64,000 bases of DNA from Octopus vulgaris (GCA_951406725.2 OX597830.1:46810001-46874000), one strand, 5' to 3'. Shown: positions 28,901 to 41,729, counted from the first letter of the stretch. Made by a program: numbers and translations. The notes: generated from the letters alone by a model not told the origin.

Positions 28901-30309
28901 TTCACTTGATCCAATAACTGAATGATCATCGCAGAAAGCGGTGGACGACCATCTCACTAATTTGTATATACATAAGTGTGCACCAGGGTAATAGAGTTGA
29001 CTACGACCTCACCCTTGACAGCTGGATAGTTAAAATTCCGATCGATCCTCTTTGCTTTTAGTTCTCCTGACGAAGCTTAACGGTTTGCTTTGATCTAACC
29101 GCTCATTCACCTTTCTGCCCAAAGACTCCTCCGCTGGTTCATCCCTATAAGTTAGTGTGTTAGCATATCTCATGTAGTCAACCAAATGTTTTAATTAATT
29201 AAAACGATACTTTTAATGATGTGAACAGTCGTTAACCGAGTAATTAATTCTGGCAATTAGTAGACAATCCCGAAATTTTAATAAATAATTTACAGAATAG
29301 AGTGGGAAGTGTGATCAAAGCAGTGAGAGGAAGACGTTACTGAACCGCCTCTGCGCAGCAAAGACTAACCTTTATAAGAGATCTTTGAATAACAAGAGAA
29401 GTGAATAGAATTCAGGGAATGAACACAGAATGAGGCTTAAACTTCAAAGAATGACTGGGAAAGCATTCAGGAATGCTTGCTGTATTAAAATGTCGCCCTG
29501 CAGATCAAGCCCCCAATTTCCCTGCAAATATTTCTGTTTTAGATTATATAATTTCAACTGGTATTTTCCTTACCAAGCCATAAGAATGACGACGGGGCTG
29601 CAGCTTCCCTCTTGCAATGTCTTAAAATAGATTGCCGTCGGTTGTGTTGTATAAAGTGATGTATGTGATAAATTTAAACTAGGAATTCAATAAGCCGATA
29701 ATTTAATTAAACTAAGACTTAGATAATCGGATAAGTAGCAAATTGTCTTCTAGGAGGAAAGCCATAGACGTTTGAATGTCGCAGGAAGTTGGATATTGTA
29801 ACCTGGTGTGTAGGCATGTATGTGTATATACTTCAGTTCATCGCCATGTCTGTATGTAGGTGTGCTTACGGTGTTACGTGTGTGCGCGTGTTGAATATGG
29901 TGTATATGTTTATACTTAGAGAACCGTATATTCGTACGTTTGTACGGCGTATCCTAATAGTTTGGGGGTGTGCACACCTATTTAATTTAGATATATGTGC
30001 TCTGCGTATGTGTGTGTGCGTGTTTATTTATATATTTTTAAGCAGACATGTAATCAATCGCATGTGTATGTATATATGTATGCATGTATATATTAATTGC
30101 TGTCAAGAACACAGTATTTCGTTTTCCAACAATAGTACATCAGAGAAGTAGATTAAAAGCTTACAAGTCAATACAGGGTCTTGCCTTGTGTTAGCCGTGC
30201 CGTATATTCACTTTTAAGATTATCTCTAAAGATTTTCTTATAGAATTCGTTAAACTTCTAAACTTAGTGGGTATTTAAGCAATCGTGGCTAGTTGATGAG
30301 TTGTATATA

Positions 30310-30352
30310 GTGCTGATGAAAGGGCAACAACTCTTGAAATATGTATATACAC
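30310..30352 (+). ncRNA. Minimal type I hammerhead ribozyme motif with canonical core
   Basis: GTG-CTGATGA-AAGGG(CAACAA)CTCTT-GAA-ATAT(GT)ATAT-A-CAC; all three helices pair; AUA triplet ending at 30349. Confidence 0.6.
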
Positions 30353-30792
30353 CCATTCCCTTCTTTTCCTATCTTCGATCGCACTGCTTATATAGGACGT
30401 ATTCGTATACGAAATGTCCTTCAGCAAGACACTTTACTTCACATTGTTGCACTCCATTCTGCTGATAAAACTGATTTGTACCTGTAAGTCAAAGAGCCGG
30501 CTTTGTCACATTCTGTATCCCACTAAATCTCCCCGAGAACTACGCTAAGGGCACGTGTGTCTGTGGAGTACTCAGCCACTTGTAGGCTGTTCCGTCGATT
30601 GGAGCAGGGTCTGTGTGTGTTCCTGCATAGATTTGTTTCGATTCTGAATGAAACGTTGTGATGCATGTTTGTGTGTTTGGATGACCTGTGTGTAACGTGC
30701 GTGGGTGGTGTATGTGAGTGCGAGCGTGTGAGTGTGCATGAGAGAGGGGATAGATAGAGAGATAGATAGACAGATGGAGAGGGAGAGAGAGA

Positions 30793-30840
<48 letters not shown>

Positions 30841-30892
30841 CCAATATTACTTCACAACGATTATTTGAAACAAACCGTCATCAATGGTGGTC

Positions 30893-31160
30893 ATCATCCC
30901 AGTGAACATTGTTACTGTTACCAATATCATCATCATCATCATCGTCGTCGTGGTCGTCATCATCATCATCGCCATCATCGTCATCATCATCATCATCATC
31001 ATCGTCACCATCATCGCCATCATCGCCATCATCATCGTCATCATCATCATCATCATCATCATCGTCATCGTCGTCGTCGTCGTCATCCTCATCATCATCA
31101 TCATCTTCACCACCACCACTACCACCACCACCACCACCACCACCATCATCATCATCAGCA
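30893..31160. repeat. (CAT)n/(CGT)n/(CAC)n trinucleotide array
   Basis: Direct inspection; source of the poly-His/Ser/Ile pseudo-ORFs. Confidence 0.95.
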
Positions 31161-31495
31161 CCATGCCCGTTTCTCTTGCTTCTTATATTTATTGTTGTTG
31201 TTGCAGTTGTTGCCGTTTTCCTCGGAACCGAATGAACGTGAGTCGATCCAATCAGTCGAAGTGTGCCATAGTCATTAGCAGTGATTACCCTTTCGATCTG
31301 TTCCTCGATACGAAGTATGTTGTTGGTTTTGATTTGATGTGTGATGGGGGGGGGGAGGGGGGCTGGGAGGGAATCTTCTATTTTTTTTCCTCCCCCCCTA
31401 TGAATCTCGAGTTATATAAATGGAGAAAGAAATTGTTGTTAGTATAGAGGCAATCAGAGCAAATTAGAAAGCAAGAAATAGTAAAAAATAAAGGG

Positions 31496-31567
<72 letters not shown>

Positions 31568-31783
31568 AAGAGAGGCAGTAAAGATTGAAAGCAAATGATT
31601 TAGGAAAAACGGAATCTTGGAGTCGAGTGAAGAATAGAAAAACACAAAGCGCAAAATACAAACACATATACACACGTTCATGTGCACACACACACACAGC
31701 CAGGTAGATAAACATGTATATGTATATGTACATTATATGTGTGTGTGTATGTGTAGCTTTGTGTGTGTGTGCGTGTCAATGAA

Positions 31784-32168
31784 TCTCTCTCTATATATAA
31801 ACGGCAGTTTGTCTGTTTGCGTGTCTGTGTGTCTGTTAGGTTGTACCCTCACCCTGACCACGGCTTTCAACCGATTCTGATGAAACTTGACACACACATA
31901 GCCCAATGTCATAATTCAAAACTAACGCAGCGAAAATTTTGAAAAGTTCCCCCAGTTCTGAAAAATATCGATAAATTCGACATGGGGTCGAGAATCAGAA
32001 ACACAAACCACAGACTATCTAGGGGACGCAACTCGACCTTTTTAACTCTCAAAAAAAATTTACCATAATTTTTTTCCATTATTTTGCTATTTTTTGACTA
32101 TAACTCTCTAAAAATGCTTTATAGTTATTTCCCTTACAAACCCGAGCAACGCCGGGCGATACTGCTAG
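31784..32168 (+). mobile_element. Non-autonomous Helitron
   Basis: 5' TC preceded by A; 3' CTAG followed by T; subterminal GC hairpin CCCGAGCAACGCCGGG (32141-32156) 8 nt before CTAG; no TSD; internal CCGATTCTGATGAAACTTG block typical of such elements. Confidence 0.85.
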
Positions 32169-32194
32169 TGTATGTATATATATAGGCCATATAA

Positions 32195-32422
32195 GGCGGC
32201 GAGCTGGCAGACACGTTAGCGTGCCGGGCGAAATGCTTAGTGGTATTTCGTCTGTCTTTACGTTCTGAGTTCAAATTCCGCCGAGGTCGACTTTGCCTTT
32301 CATCCTTTCGGGGTCGATAAAAAAAGTACTAGTTTCGCACTGGGGTCGATGTAATCAACTTAATCCGTTTGTCTGTCCTTGTTTGTCCCCTCTATGTTTA
32401 GCTCCTTGTGGGCAATAAAGAA
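32195..32422 (+). mobile_element. Full-length SINE family A with ~17-bp TSD
   Basis: ATATATATAGGCCATAT at 32176-32192 and 32423-32439. Confidence 0.92.
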
Positions 32423-32514
32423 ATATATATAGGCCATATCTTAATAGCACCACCTGATAGGATTAGTTAAATCCTTTTTAAGTCAAGTTATATGTATGTG
32501 TATATATATATATA

Positions 32515-32594
<80 letters not shown>

Positions 32595-33715
32595 CGTGCG
32601 TGTGTAGCGCCACAACGTTTCTAATGAAGAACTTTCGTGTCGCACCTCTGGCATTGGTTCCATCCAGACGCTAATCGTCATGTTTCTTACTTAATTTGAC
32701 GTCGAACTCAACCAGTTTTGTTCAATAAATATTCTTTTTTTTTTTTAATGTTTTCGTGTTCCTTTTGGCCTTTTTTCTTCGCGTTGGGTGGGTGGTTGTC
32801 GACTTTTACGCTTTCGTTGGTCAGACTATGATTTTCAATTAATTAAACCTTTTCCTTTTTGGCGAAAACATTTTTCCTGACATCCATTTGAGCCAGATTC
32901 TTTAGCAGACTACGTGAGTCGAGTTGTTTCATGGGAGCTGTCCATACATAACTTTCGAACTCGTCACACGCACGCACACACACACACACATTCACCCCCC
33001 TACACGTACTTATTACAAAAAGAACGCTCTCTCCCACAGATGTAAAAGACCAACTAAGACCCCAGGCACATTGAATTACAGTTTAAAAGGCTGAATATTT
33101 CGCAGCCGCATGAACATTTAATGTGATTTTCAAGCGGAGCAAGTGTGGCACAGAGTGATGACGCTGGACGTTAGAATTACTGCTACAATCCAGTTGTCGG
33201 GCTTCGAAACAGTTTCAGTCAATCCAATGACATTTAAGTTGAGATCGACTCGAGCCTCATAGCAAATGACACTTCCTCAAGATGCGACGCAGAGGTTTGA
33301 ACTGGTCAACTCAAAATTGAGAAGTGAAATTAAGAAGTCGACCCAAAATACATACATGATAACATACACACATTTAGAGAAAGGTACGTCCACTCATAGA
33401 CAAATATACAATTATTAACACGTTAATTGTGCTAAGATATAGCTTATACATTCCGATTTGAAATATTGTCAAACTGATTTGAATTTTCTCACGGTTGTGG
33501 ATCTGATTAAAAGCCTTATCATATTGTAGTCTGTCTGAATATGGTGGACATGAACAATGTTACAACCTTGTGAATATAAGTTCTGCCATCAACTAAAATA
33601 ATTTTCTATTAACTTTAATTGCAGCGTGAATTGTCAGAATTACCACTGTTTCTCTACATCCATGATTCACCAGTATTGCCATTCCGCAAGAGTATTTCGT
33701 CCTTGTTACACGCAT

Positions 33716-33749
<34 letters not shown>

Positions 33750-34330
33750 ATATACGCACTTATACACATATATACACGCGTGTATAAGTCTTATGAAATA
33801 AGTTGATTGATAAAGGACAATGACGTCGACGAAAAATATCGAGTATCTTTCCTAAACAAATTTAGCTGCTTATACACATACACATATAATATTCTATAAT
33901 TTTAGATATGTTTACACAGAAACACACATGTATATGCATTTACTGCTATAATTATAGACAGACACATCATACACACAGGTGCGCGCACTCACACTCTCGT
34001 AATGTTTCTGGGAAATAAGCGAGGAAGATTGGATCCAAAGACAAAGACAATGGAAGAATTTTATATAAACTGTTTTAGTATTTTATTGAGGCTAAAATAA
34101 TTAAAAATTCTTTAATTATTGAAAAATTGTCCGACTGTTGTTTATTAAATCACTGATGATGTACATCATTAAAAAATAACAGCAGTTTGCATATAAATGA
34201 AGAATTATTCCTGTTCGTGACTTCTGCGAAGGAATAAAGAAGAAGCGCGGCGTTTGCTGTCCTCAATTATATTATTTTGGTTGCTATGGCAATGATATTC
34301 GTCTTGAAAAGGAGTTGGACCCGTGGCTAT

Positions 34331-34466
34331 CTCTTTTACTTGTTTCAGTCATTTGACTGTGGCCATGCTGGAGCACCACCTTTTTAGTCGAGCGAATCGA
34401 CCCCAGGACTTATTCTTTGTAAGCCTAGTACTTATTCTATCGATCTCTTTTGCCGAACCGCTAGTT
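34331..34466 (-). mobile_element. SINE family B 3' fragment
   Basis: CTCTTTTACTTGTTTCAGTCATTTGACTGTGGCCATGCTGGAGCACC...GCCGAACCGCTA. Confidence 0.85.
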
Positions 34467-34780
34467 CCCCACCAAAAATGATTATGTCAACAATAAATAT
34501 AAAAGAATAATGTATTTATTTATTTTTCCTTCAAAGCAGAACAGGAATAAAAAACCCCGAAAACAAATAAAACAAAACGAAATTTTAAACTTTTATGGCA
34601 AGCAATATTTTCGTATATTTTCGATGTTTCAGCGTTCTGTGTGTGTGTGTGTGTGAGAGCATATGGGTGTGTATATGAGATATATATGTATGTGCTAGAG
34701 TGCATGTGTGTGTTTCAGTATGTATGCGTGTGTTAGTGTATTTGTATGTATATCTGAAAAAGAGTGCATGTGTTAGCGTG

Positions 34781-34811
<31 letters not shown>

Positions 34812-35073
34812 TTGTGTGTGTGCGCGCGTGTATATGAGTGTGTGTGTGTGTGTATGTGTTAGTATCAGTGTGTATGTCAGTGAGATTTTCTCTCCTTCAA
34901 CCATGATTTTCTTTTCTCTCCCCCCCCATCTCATCTTCTACACCACTCACCTTCTTCCCCACCTCACTCTCACCCCCACCACCTCTTCATTTGCTTCTCG
35001 TTCTCTCTTAACCTTCCCTTCATTGTTATATATTTCTATATGTGGTTGTATGAATATGTTTACAAACCTACTC

Positions 35074-35111
<38 letters not shown>

Positions 35112-35154
35112 ACACACACGCACACACACACACAATCTCTCTCTCTTTCACACA

Positions 35155-35187
<33 letters not shown>

Positions 35188-35626
35188 GCATACTTACACA
35201 CATCGAACGAGGAGCACATATAAGATTACAAAAGAACCAAACGAAACCGAATCGAATACTGCAACCATTCATTTTTTTACTCCACTAATTCATAGACTGC
35301 CGCAAGGCTTGAGTGCTTTCCTTCAATTTTCATTAATTCCTTCATCCAACACATTCCATTATGTTCTCTGCTAAAGTAGGTTCTTTTTCTTTTTAATCCA
35401 GACCTACTTTCCATTGCACCCCTTTGTGACCGTTCTATCGACATTACCATTTCGTCTCTAATCTATTACAAACAGATAAGTTGCAGAGGTTAAAAAATAA
35501 ACCACAGTCACTCAGTACAAGTAATATTGTTGGCAACTTTTGCCAACCTATTTTTACTTGTTTAATTTATACTCTGAACATTCTCGTTAATATAACGGTT
35601 GGAAGAAAAGCTAATCGTTATTCACA

Positions 35627-35673
<47 letters not shown>

Positions 35674-35679
35674 TTATAT

Positions 35680-35987
35680 AAGAAATGTGCTTCCCTACCA
35701 CACGGTTCTGGGTTCAGTCGCATTGCGTGGCACATTGGACAATTGTCTTCTGCTGATCAAAACCTTGTGAGCGGATTTGGTAGATAGAAACTTAAAGAAG
35801 CCCGTCGTATATATATATATATACATAGATAGATGTATGTATATGCATATATATATATATAAATATATGTATATGTATATATATATATATATGTATCTGT
35901 GTATATATACATATATATGTATATATCTATATTTCTTTCTTTCTATGTATGTATGTATGTATGTATGTATGTATGTATGTATGTATG

Positions 35988-36054
<67 letters not shown>

Positions 36055-36083
36055 GTATCTATCTATCTATCTATCTATCTATG

Positions 36084-36166
<83 letters not shown>

Positions 36167-36382
36167 AAATGGAACAAAAACGCAATTGAGGGCATTAAAA
36201 TGTTCGGACAGATGGACGAAACAAAGGCGGACAAGAGAAACAACAATTAGAAGGACAGGCAAAAAAAGACGAGACATTCTTGGCTTTCTTTCCTCAGTCA
36301 AGTACCAAAAGTCACGACCATTTCGGGCAGTTACACTTGAGATGGTTCGATCTGGTTGCTCCCAAAAAGTGTAAACTAAGAG

Positions 36383-36433
<51 letters not shown>

Positions 36434-36660
36434 ATATTCATGTATGTGTCTCTTTGTATCACTTTGTCCCTCACCAGCGATTGGCAACCAGTGTGGGTGC
36501 ACTTTCGTCCTTGTAACTTAGCGGTTTGGCAACAGAACCGATAGAATAAGTACCAGGATGAATGTACTGGGGTCGAGTCATTCTATTAAAATTCTTCAAT
36601 GCAGTGTTCCAGCGTGGCCATAGTCTAATGACTGACAGGTAAAAGAATAAAAGAATAAAA

Positions 36661-36665
<5 letters not shown>
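35680..36665 (+). mobile_element. SINE family B split by an expanded internal microsatellite and a Penelope-like insertion
   Basis: Head 35680-35810 (GGGTTCAGTCGC...GGATTTGGTAGATAGAAAC) and tail 36450-36665 (GAATAAGTACCAGG...TAAAAGAATAAAAG). Confidence 0.7.
36167..36385 (-). mobile_element. Diverged Penelope-like terminal fragment carrying a rearranged hammerhead core (36291-36346)
   Basis: Minus strand ACCAT-C-TCAAGTG-taa-CTGCCC-GAA-ATGGT-...-TACTTGA-CTGAGGA-AAGAAAGCCAAGAATGTC; colinear with 43613-43710. Confidence 0.7.
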
Positions 36666-36704
<39 letters not shown>

Positions 36705-36925
36705 AAATTATATATAACAAGAGCAAATATATATAACGAGCACCAGCTTTGCTAAAAATAAGAATTAAAAATACTCCGAAGCCACAAGAATTAACACTAC
36801 ATTTTTACACACATGCCTGGAAGAAAACTAAGTGAATAAAGATCACGTTTTACCTCTGCAAAATTGGGATGGGGTTGTATCAACGTAGAGAGGAGGTAGG
36901 TAGGAGTGAAGAGAGGAAGTAGGTA

Positions 36926-37525
36926 TCAGAAGAAGAGAGGAGTGGAATTGAGACCTTATGGTGCAAAGGAGCGAAGAGAAAAGATTAATCTCTGTTCACG
37001 GCGATGGCGGGAGTCCGGACGGCACCTGTGCAAAGACAGTCTAAACACAGACAGAAGTTGTAGTGAATGACCGGTAGAGCGGAAATGGCACGAGACCGGG
37101 ATGTCATTGCCGAGTCTGATGCCTCGGAGGTACACGAACCGATGTACAGGGAAGGGCAGAAAGAGCAGAACATGCAGAAGATGACGTTACTAGAAGTGCA
37201 GAAAAAGGAGTCGGTGATGTGATAGGGACGGTGATGGGTGCCTGTGAGGATGGTGGTGTTGGAGAGGTAGGGATTGGTACGGCAGCGTGGGCGAGAACAG
37301 GGGAACGAGCCAAGCTGGGAGGTGGGGTAAGGGAAGAAACGGTGGACCAGGGGGTTACACAGGTTATGGGCTCGTTTGAAGGAAGGAAGGGGTAAGTTGG
37401 GGAAGATGTGCGAGGTTGAGGGGTCGGACTGGAGTCGCCGGAAGGCTCGGAGAATGATGCATTAGAAGGGCAGGGCGGAGGGGTGGTAGGTGAGGGGAAA
37501 CGGAAGGCGGGCAACGGCGGGGCAA
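36926..37525 (-). pseudogene. Penelope-like retroelement ORF 3' remnant: Cys-containing linker plus GIY-YIG endonuclease
   Basis: A frame shifted from the listed 209-aa ORF reads RLPFPLTYHPSALPF*CIILRAFRRLQSDPSTSHIFPNLPLPSFKRAHNL...CSRPRCRT...ITDSFFCTSSNVIFCMFCSFCPSLYIG, ending EQRLIFSLRSFAP*GLN; stops and frameshifts present. Confidence 0.85.
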
Positions 37526-37617
37526 TGCATTTATCAGAATGTTTGTCTATACATACACATTCATGCATACATAGGCACACATACTTACTTGTTGAATTTT
37601 CTGGTGCTTTAAATAAA

Positions 37618-37670
<53 letters not shown>

Positions 37671-38009
37671 CATACACATACACACAAACACACGTTTGCA
37701 AACAGCCTTACGATAACGAGTAAATGTTTCCATATATTTGTTTCGCTATTTTTAGAGAATAAATCTTCGGTCAGGCACTTGATATAGAGTTGATATTTAC
37801 ATTGAGTTTATTTTCTTATTTTTCAACAAAATTTTATATTTATTTCTATCTCAGCTGTTTTTCTTTTCCTTTTAATTTCATCAGTGTTCTATGTTTTACG
37901 AGAATTAAGTTACAGAGTGATTTTCATCGGCGAAATTAAGCAAACGTTTTACTTTATTTAATGTCGATTTGTTCAACGTCAAAGTCAACACATGACATCG
38001 CACTCAGCT

Positions 38010-38386
38010 GCGTACGTATGCATGTATGTGTATGTGTGTATGCATGTGTATGTATGTGTGTATGTATGTATATGTGTCTATGTATGTATGTATGTATGTA
38101 TGTATGTATGTATGTATGTATGTATGTATGTATGTATGTATGTATGTATGTATGTATGTATGTATGTATGTACGTACGTACGTACGTATGTATATATGTA
38201 CGTGTGTCTGTGTATGTGTGTATGTATGTATGTATGTATGTATGTATGTATGTATGTATGTACGTACGTATGTATATATGTACGTGTGTCTGTGTATGTA
38301 TGTATGTATGTATGTATGTATGTATGTATGTACGTATGTATGTATATATGTACGTGTGTCTGTGTATGTGTATGTGTGTATGTATG
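38010..38386. repeat. (TATG)n array with higher-order unit (ATATATGTACGTGTGTCTGTG three times)
   Basis: Direct inspection. Confidence 0.9.
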
Positions 38387-39011
38387 TTTTTTTGAGATTC
38401 GCTTATGGTATTTTTCTTTTGTAGAATTCAAGCCGATCAAAACAAAGCGACAATGCTCTTTTGTTTAAACCAAGAAAACTCCTGTGGTTAGCAGATCTGT
38501 GAATTACACAGTGTGTACATATATGCATGTACATAAGCTAGCACTCGCGTTGTTGATATGTTTGTCGCTTATGTAACTGTAAGTACATATCACTGATAAA
38601 GCCAAGAAAAGGCTGAAATGCACTGGATTTCTTTATTTAGATAATACGAACATTTATTCACACTAATGATAACGAAGCACAATTGAAATAGCCGAAACTT
38701 GGACGTAGATACAGAAAATACATTCGCATACAATGGCTGTCCAATTTGATTGTACACCTTGATGTTGACGTATGTATGGTGAATAGCTATTCAAGTGGTT
38801 GTGCTTTAAACATAACTACATAAATATCTGCGCTCATATGTGTTCATGTGTTCGTTCATTATTCGTAGCAGGTTTTTGTTGTTGACGCCACTAAAATACT
38901 AAAATGAAAATATTATTATCAAAGGCATGAAATTGCTATGATTCTGAACTATAACTGATGAGGAAAGTGCATGTCCACGTCTTGTGAGGGAATTATATAC
39001 TTATGAATATA

Positions 39012-39060
<49 letters not shown>

Positions 39061-39089
39061 TACTCACATATATATATATATATATACTC

Positions 39090-39120
<31 letters not shown>

Positions 39121-39154
39121 TGTATGTATGTATGTATGTATGTATGTATGTATG

Positions 39155-39192
<38 letters not shown>

Positions 39193-40641
39193 TGTATGTC
39201 AATTATGTATGTATGCATGTGTTTATTCGTTTTCGCATCTGGTTTGTAAGATTCTTGATGTGAATTCGCATGTTGAAACAAATCTTACCGTTTCTTGGGA
39301 GGGTCTTTAGGTTAATAATAATAACATACACTGGTTCCATATCTCTTTTTTATTGCCAATCAATTGGTTAAATATCCAGCCAAAGTAATCGAACGTTTCG
39401 ATGTATTGTTTAAACAAAAAGATCGGTTGTTTGTTTGTCAAAGTCCTTTCATCGCTATTCGCAACCTCATCAATGATATGCTCCCCTCCTTCCAAAGTAT
39501 GCCTTGTGCATTTGTGTGTGTTTGTCTGTGTGTTTGTTTGGTGTCATCAGCACTGACTTTCACTTACAGCATCCTAATCATTTGCATATTGCCTCCCCCG
39601 ATGCAGCTTTCCCATAAACCACTTTAATTATCCAGTAATAATCACTCTAATTATCTTTACTCTGCGTATGATGCGTTACTATGTATAGCATATACTCAGG
39701 GATATTTACAACGTCGTCAAATGATTCTGAATGGTATCAGATTAGTCTAGAACAGTTAGAAATGTTGCTTCAAAATATCGTTATACCCTAATCAAATGTG
39801 TTTCAAAATTCTAAAATTGCTTTCGTTCATGACACGTTAGAATATCTGTGACGATCACAACTCAGTTTATACTCATTGATACAAAAACCTTCCCCTTTAG
39901 CTGTTATTTCCAGCCAGACGAGTAAGCGGCCCGTGTGAAACGTTGGTCGGCTGCATCTTAAAGGGTTTGTATTCCACTTAACTAGTTTACACATCACGAA
40001 GTCTCTTTTTATTTCAACAACAACAAAAAAAAGTCTGTGTCGTTTGATTCGAAGAATGGCGGGCATGCTTCTCGCATCAAATACGTTAACAAGGTATGCA
40101 AAATGGGGGAGGGAAGAAGCTTGGGTTAGAAATCAGGAATCAGGAATTAGCAGTGATAATCAAAAGACAGAAACAGCTTGTCGCCAGCTTGTTAACACTC
40201 AGCTCTGTTGTATTCACAACAAGCAGCCATAACTGAGGAAATATAAAAAAACAACAACGTAAACAGCAGAAATATCAGCAGAGAACGAGGGAATCATTTA
40301 AAAGTCACCAAATAAACACTAAAAACTCTTCATCCATTATTGATTTAACACAGTCTTACGATCAACATCAAACAGTCGTACATTCATTGATTTAATGATT
40401 AGTTATTGCACGGCGACGGGTAATTTATACAATGTATATTTACGCGATGGCTATTGGATATTGACACAATCACTCTACACAAAATGGCTGTTGACACAAT
40501 GACTGTATACTTATTAGCTATACACACGATCATTATAAATATATGACATTGATTATTTACACATGCACACAGATACACAGACACTCCCATAGACCCCCAT
40601 AACACATTTAGATGTATGTATGTATGTGTGTGTAATGTATG

Positions 40642-40695
<54 letters not shown>

Positions 40696-40814
40696 ATTTT
40701 ATAGAAGGAGTTCTACAGGACTAGAACTGTTTCATTCAAATGAAATCCTCAACTTCCTGATGATTTCATTTGAATGAAACAGTTCTAGTCCTGTAGAAGC
40801 TCCTTCTATAAAAT
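40696..40814. repeat. Inverted repeat (~56-bp arms, 6-nt spacer) at a Penelope-like terminus
   Basis: 40696-40751 is the reverse complement of 40758-40814 with one mismatch and one indel. Confidence 0.9.
40753..40799 (+). ncRNA. Type I hammerhead ribozyme motif with canonical core
   Basis: Helix I CTTC/GAAG; CTGATGA; helix II TTCA..TGAA (U-U at its base); GAA; helix III ACAG/CTGT; GUA triplet ending at 40795. Confidence 0.7.
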
Positions 40815-40885
40815 AAATTAATTTACTCTGCTATGTATTGAGTACCTTATTTACTGTGGTTAACCCCGACTCAACCCGGGACCTA

Positions 40886-41372
40886 CTGGTAGTAAATAAT
40901 ATTACTACCCTTCTTGTTTATATTCGCATATGACTTGATGGATTTATTCGTAAAATTCTTCCCGGCATGCCCTGTACTGCCGTGTAAGTTTTGCGTCTGC
41001 GCAGAGATTTGAAAAGTTAAGATCTGCTAGTAGTGAGATCCACACATGCTCCCACATCGCTGCAGACCTCGATTCAATTTAGGCGACTCGCTGATGAAGC
41101 CAGCCTTAGCAAACATATTTTGTGTTTTGCTAGAAAGAAGCAGAAACTGATCGATTCGAGTTGTTAAAGTTATCGGTAAACGTTTTTGATTTTCACTCTC
41201 GATAAATTCATCCCCTTTTTGTGTTCCCAACACTCGGCATCCTAATTTAGGGGCCCTTAATTGTATTACTACATGAATAATATTTTTCTATATGAATAAT
41301 ATTTTGTCTTATGACTAATTCGTCTTTTGTGTTGGGCACCTGGTAGTAAATAATATTACTACCCTTCTTGTT

Positions 41373-41377
<5 letters not shown>
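40886..41377 (+). mobile_element. Penelope-like terminal fragment with a 38-bp direct repeat (40886-40923, 41340-41377) and a hammerhead at 41084-41163
   Basis: CTGGTAGTAAATAATATTACTACCCTTCTTGTTTATAT duplicated; CGACTCG-CTGATGA...GAAACTGATCGATT-CGAGTTG; ends in (TA)n. Confidence 0.65.
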
Positions 41378-41428
<51 letters not shown>

Positions 41429-41680
41429 ACTATTAGTCACGGAAGCAGTATTAGTACCAAGAGGTAATCTTTATATCCAACTTAAGATGGATGCCTTGTT
41501 AGAACACCGAATACTGCGTTATTAGTCTTGAACGATTGTCTCATTTAGGCGTTTGGTGCATAAGAATACACACACACACACACACACACACATACTTAAA
41601 CACAGATACATGCACACATATAACACTCAGTGATACTATCCCTCGGACACAAGTGGCTAATTGCCATGTGTGTGCGTGTA

Positions 41681-41729
<49 letters not shown>

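Noticed and set aside
30847-31447. Poly-His, poly-Ser and poly-Ile ORFs (up to 187 aa)
   Set aside because: A (CAT)n array read in different frames; nothing protein-like outside the repeat.
31877-31890. CTGATGAAAC as a hammerhead core
   Set aside because: No helix II between CTGATGA and GAAA and no flanking helices; part of the Helitron internal motif.
37104-37733. 209-aa Pro/Ser/Thr-rich ORF as a host gene
   Set aside because: It is an off-frame reading of the Penelope-like GIY-YIG remnant and its 5' part runs through (TA)n.
38950-39000. ATAA-CTGATGA-GGA..TCC hammerhead-like start
   Set aside because: Lacks GAAA after the putative helix II.
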